Shown here: positions 62,620 through 64,000 of the stretch, one piece after another
Layout of the letters: the number at the start of each line of letters is the position of its first letter
Numbering within the stretch: the first letter of the stretch is position 1
Assembly: GCF_001194135.2 (NCBI RefSeq)
Contig: NC_068998.1
Span: forward strand, 49,728,376 to 49,792,375
DNA from: Octopus bimaculoides
Lineage: Eukaryota
DNA length: 64,000 nt
Direction of reading: 5' to 3'
The notes under the pieces: generated by a model
The model's input: only the letters and a program-made list of their open reading frames with translations
Told to the model about the DNA's origin: nothing
Database searches by the model: none
Position numbers and translations under genes: made by a program

Positions 62620-63717
62620 AAATATTAATAATATTAATAACAGTAACAACAACAACGACAACTGCAGCAACAATAATAATAAGGATAATAAGGATGGAGC
62701 TCACAGCATATGGAAGAAATTTAGGCACAATAAATATCAGGAGAGGCATCTTCCAAGGGGATTGCCTGTTCCCACTTATCTTTGTATTGTGCATGATACC
62801 ATAACACTGTTTGTGAGGAAAGCAAGCGCTGGGTATGTATTCAAAAGCCGCCAAGAAAAAGTCAACTATTGTTATTTATGGATGACCTCAAAATTTATGG
62901 TGAAGATGAATCCCAAGTCAATTCCGTCATTGATACGGTGTATACTTTCAGTGCTGATATCAGATTCAATTTCGCACTGAAAAAGTGTGGTGTGTTAATC
63001 TTCAAGAGAGGCAAAATCAAATGTATGCATGGGCTAGCAATACATCAGGGGAGGTTATGAAGCAGATAGAAGAGACGGGCTATAAGTACTTTGTGGACAA
63101 CACGGTGAAACCGTATGGAATGTTACCAGTCAATGTACGCCACTAGCACAGAAAAATATAAGCGATGTCATAGCAATATGGCAAGGATTGTCCATTGGAA
63201 ACTGTGTAACAAGTATGGACTTGACAGAGCAAAAATGTGGTACGAACATAAACTCGAAGTTATCATCTAAAAAGATAATGTAAAGATCCTATGAGATTTT
63301 ATGATTCAGTGTAACCATGAGATAGAAAATAGGAAGCAAGATATGGTGTTAATTCAAAAAAGAAAGCAAACGATGCTGGATCATAGATATAGCATGCACA
63401 GCTAACAACAAGTGATAAGGAAGAAAGAAAAGTCGATAGATATGATAGGTTAGCTTGGGAGGTTAAGCAGCTGTGGGCGATGACAGAGGTTGTAATAGTA
63501 CTAATAATTGTGGGAGTTCTGGGTGCAGTAAAAGTCTTCAGACGCAAATGGAACAAATAGGGGCTGCAATAAGTGTGGAAAGAAAACAGCACGCTTGGAA
63601 CAGCTGGAATACTCCAGATGCTGCTCGAGAAATAAGGGGTGTTACCTTAGTTCACCGGTAGCGAACAGCTGTCACCGTAGTACATCTCCAGCGTTAGAAG
63701 CTGTGAAAATACAATAA

Positions 63718-63720
<3 letters not shown>
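62490..63720 (+). mobile_element. R4/Dong-like non-LTR retrotransposon fragment (RT plus restriction-like endonuclease), ending in (TAA)n
   Basis: IRRGIFQGDCLFPLIFVL and FMDDLKIY RT motifs; HWKLC..YGL..AK.WYEHK and DMVLI/WIIDIAC segments; multiple stops. Confidence 0.75.
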
Positions 63721-63785
<65 letters not shown>

Positions 63786-64000
63786 CACATCGAAAAATAT
63801 ATAATGGAGAAGAAGCTACCAGCTTCTGTAGTGATATTTCGGATAAGGCAGTTAATTACAATGGGGATGCAGCATAGTTAACTATAAAACATAGTTTTTC
63901 ATGCTGTCAGAATATCTTTAAAATAAATATTATGTTCTGCCAGCTAATTAATTGTCTAACCTACATAAATCTTTAAAACGCGCTTAAAAACGTCATCCAA

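Overview
AT-rich, microsatellite- and SINE-laden eukaryotic genomic DNA with 12 assembly gaps. The tRNA-derived SINEs and the Penelope, mariner and R4/Dong-like fragments look like an octopod (Octopus-like) genome; this is an inference. The six-frame ORF track mostly reports repeats. Reading splice sites by eye reveals a tandem cluster of at least 8 paralogous small multi-exon genes, labelled A-H. B, C, D, F and H have complete open models. A is cut by the window edge, E retains only its first and last exons, and G is a pseudogene. D is inverted. All share one architecture: a 37-nt signal-peptide exon (phase 1), a 94-100-nt exon with C-x7-C-x14/16-C (phase 1 to 2), an 88-91-nt exon with C-x7-C-x11-C (phase 2 to 0), one or two 27-48-nt phase-0 stalk microexons, and a last exon encoding a hydrophobic GPI-signal-like tail. 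The predicted products are ~105-120-aa, six-cysteine, probably GPI-anchored surface proteins that have diverged strongly between the cysteines (B vs C core 20/62 identical). I do not recognise a named family. Most copies share an upstream CATCTGTTAC element followed by a TATA-like box. A near-canonical minimal hammerhead ribozyme lies in intron 1 of gene D. All models are manual predictions without transcript evidence.
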